From: Octopus sinensis
Taxonomy: Eukaryota
Reading direction: 5' to 3'
DNA length: 64,000 nt
Assembly: GCF_006345805.1 (NCBI RefSeq)
Contig: NC_042997.1
Span: 204,910,001-204,974,000, forward strand
The notes beneath the pieces were generated by a model. It saw only the letters and a program-made list of their open reading frames with translations. It had not been told where the DNA came from and did not search any database. Numbering within the stretch: the stretch's first letter is position 1; every line of letters begins with the position of its first letter. This document shows positions 61,480 to 64,000 of this stretch, piece by piece. Made by a program: the position numbers and the translations under genes.

Positions 61480-63702
61480 ATGGCTGCCGTGCAGACGACA
61501 ACAACAGCGACCAGTTCTCTTATTCTTTCAATCATTCTTATTATCACACTGACATCACTAAACATCGATGCGAAGGAACTCGGCAATGATTGTGAAGTTA
61601 AAATCCCTCTCAATATCGGTGAGATTTTATCTCGTTTAGTAAAATTAGAAAAAGAGGTTTTCAATTTTGAAATCCATTTATCAAACAAGACACTTGATGA
61701 ACTTCTTAATCCTGTACCTTTGGATTATTTTGCAAATGCGAGGAGTTTTACGTGGATTCCAGATAAATCAGGCGCTTTAACTCTATATAGAACTTTCTCC
61801 TATGATTTTTCAATGAATTCTTTTAATATGTTAGACGTCTACGTTGCTAAACAAAGGATTGACATCAATATCACTTGTGGAAAACAAAATATTCAGAGAC
61901 ACGATTTAATATATTTGATATTCGACGCATTGAAAAGAATCATATTTATGGACAAATTACAAATGGCAGAATCTGGATACATGTGTTTTTATATAAATTT
62001 GTCTCAAGACATGAAGAAGAACAGCCCTGGCACATTTGAAGCTCACAAAAGAATTGGTATAAATCGAGAACTTATGAAGAACTATTGCTGTAAACTCTAT
62101 AAAAATGAAAGTCATGTTTATCACACCAAATCCATTTGTTCAGGAAAAATCATTGAGAATTCTATATTTTACAATTATGCAAATACTTTCGGAGCTGTTT
62201 TGTGGGCTATATTACCATTACTCATTAGTTTCGTATCAAAAGCGAAAGTACCTTCACATTCCCGTCAACTCAATCTGCCACTGTCTGCTCACGATGAATT
62301 CTTATTTACAATTAAAAACACATTGCCATACAAATCAGAGTGGATCAATGGAAAAAATAATATTTACACATTCTCTCATTTTCTGTCAAGGGTATTTTGT
62401 TTCCACAATTCCTCTTTCTTTGCATCAAGACTAAGAAGATTCCTTTGTATTCTATTTTCTCTTTCAGTATTCTTTCTGGATCTTTTGATGCATTACTTCT
62501 TTTTATATGAAACAATAGAAATTCTTTACCAAGATGGTATCCCATTGGGCTATCGCGCCTTAATATTAGGAATAACAGAAAGTTACGACAATACAGATGG
62601 CTTCATGGGGGGTCCGTTTTTGTGGTTCACGGTCTACATATTTTTTAGCTTTATTCTCTTCGTTCTTCCCAGTCGAACAAGTGAGACTGTCGCTTATAAT
62701 ACATTACATCAAAGATCCACTTTCACGTTTCTCATTCAAAATAAGAGATTATTAGAGAAGTATGGCAGTTTAAATGTTTCTACTCTACAGGATTATGATC
62801 TACTCTATGCAGTAATGGAAGCTAATATTTCTACTGCTCTAAACCCAAATTTCTGGTATTTAATAATTTATACTTGGATTAATCGTATAAAGAAAATTTG
62901 GTTATATTACTACAGGAGAAATATTTTCTGGAAATTCATTACACTTTGGCTCTTTGTTTCCATTACAATTTTATTTGCTGTATTTTCTGTCTGTGAATTA
63001 TTTCTGTGCCTCGTTTATTATGGAATCCCAATTGTTTATCTGATTTTAACTTTACCATTAAGTTATTTCAGAGTTTATATTTACCCCCTGTATTTGAATC
63101 CTAACTATATTTTCAAGATTATTGCTTTCATTTTAACATTCATATCGTTTCTATGTTTTATAATATGGGGAATTTATTTAATCTTTATATTTCTTACAAG
63201 TTTTCAAATCCTCTGCATGTATATATTTTCATCAGCTATTGCAGTACTTGCTAAGCCTGGTACTGTTGGTGATATATGGTTTGTTTCCATGTTTCTTCTC
63301 TATGGTATTGAAATTATAAAAGCTATTCAGAAACGATATGACTTTATTCTACTCGAATCCATAAAGCTCACCAAAATTCTTCGTCCAAATTTAGTTCAGT
63401 CAAAATATGGGGAAGAATTCATAAACGCCAATTTGTTCAAGACAATTGTTAACCATAATTTTCCTTTGAGAAACGAGATTGGTAAATCCATTGTAAAATT
63501 GTTTCTAATCATATATTTTTTCTTTGTTTGCAAAAATATATTAAATCAAAGTGAATTCGACTTTTCAACATTCACAAAGATTATTTTGATACTGGTGACG
63601 TCTGGCATGCCTAAGTTATTGTCTACAATAAATACGAATCTTAGGTTAACAATAACCATATTGGATAAAATTATCCAAACAATAAACGTATTTGAAGAAT
63701 AA
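61480..63702 (+). CDS. Uncharacterised multi-pass membrane protein, copy 3 (740 aa; CDS has no introns)
   Basis: Intact ORF colinear with copy 1; same six ectodomain Cys and hydrophobic pattern. Confidence 0.9.
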   Translation: MAAVQTTTTATSSLILSIILIITLTSLNIDAKELGNDCEVKIPLNIGEILSRLVKLEKEVFNFEIHLSNKTLDELLNPVPLDYFANARSFTWIPDKSGALTLYRTFSYDFSMNSFNMLDVYVAKQRIDINITCGKQNIQRHDLIYLIFDALKRIIFMDKLQMAESGYMCFYINLSQDMKKNSPGTFEAHKRIGINRELMKNYCCKLYKNESHVYHTKSICSGKIIENSIFYNYANTFGAVLWAILPLLISFVSKAKVPSHSRQLNLPLSAHDEFLFTIKNTLPYKSEWINGKNNIYTFSHFLSRVFCFHNSSFFASRLRRFLCILFSLSVFFLDLLMHYFFLYETIEILYQDGIPLGYRALILGITESYDNTDGFMGGPFLWFTVYIFFSFILFVLPSRTSETVAYNTLHQRSTFTFLIQNKRLLEKYGSLNVSTLQDYDLLYAVMEANISTALNPNFWYLIIYTWINRIKKIWLYYYRRNIFWKFITLWLFVSITILFAVFSVCELFLCLVYYGIPIVYLILTLPLSYFRVYIYPLYLNPNYIFKIIAFILTFISFLCFIIWGIYLIFIFLTSFQILCMYIFSSAIAVLAKPGTVGDIWFVSMFLLYGIEIIKAIQKRYDFILLESIKLTKILRPNLVQSKYGEEFINANLFKTIVNHNFPLRNEIGKSIVKLFLIIYFFFVCKNILNQSEFDFSTFTKIILILVTSGMPKLLSTINTNLRLTITILDKIIQTINVFEE

Positions 63703-63794
63703 AATATATCACGGAGAAGTTTATCAAGTTATTTGATATTCTCGATGAAATCAAAACATGTTCCAGGTTTTTATGGATTCTTAACTACATTGTA

Positions 63795-63797
63795 TAA

Positions 63798-63840
<43 letters not shown>

Positions 63841-63925
63841 GTCATCATCATCATCATCAACTTTATCATCATCATCATCATCATCATCATCCTCATCATC
63901 ATCATCAACAACAACAATAACAATA
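63795..63925. repeat. (ATC)n/(AAC)n tract, paralogous to 29595-29695
   Basis: Directly visible; same flanks as downstream of copy 2. Confidence 0.9.
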
Positions 63926-64000
63926 GTTGTGGTTAATGAAAAGATTAGGCATGATACTCTCCGTAATTGTTGCCCTTGAAAGCATCAGTAATCAACTACC

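Overview
AT-rich eukaryotic genomic DNA, dense in microsatellites and transposon remnants. The SINE and Helitron families and the repeat landscape look most like an octopus (coleoid cephalopod) genome; this is an inference, not a database match. There is one 100-N gap at 33695-33794. The only credible host genes are three same-strand paralogues of an uncharacterised ~740-aa multi-pass membrane protein whose CDS has no introns: 14023-16245 (intact), 27277-29499 (single CAA>TAA stop at codon 161) and 61480-63702 (intact). Each encodes a signal peptide, a six-Cys ectodomain and roughly 8-10 TM helices. The copies sit in segmentally duplicated, TE-laden blocks and show patchy, mosaic divergence. 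The second highlight is a spacer-less 543-bp palindrome (1943-2485). Each arm carries a well-formed type I hammerhead ribozyme fold with a U3-A8 covariant core, and weaker hammerhead-like motifs occur at 1464-1498 and 32713-32797; these are probably of Penelope-like-element origin. The rest is mobile DNA: an internally deleted autonomous Helitron and several non-autonomous Helitrons (two with empty paralogous sites inside the window), a chimeric pair of Tx1-like LINEs, R4/Dong-like RLE LINE remnants, CR1 and RTE fragments, mariner and piggyBac relics, and tRNA-type SINEs, including a tandem multimer under one TSD. Most short ORFs in the supplied track are microsatellite or antisense artefacts.
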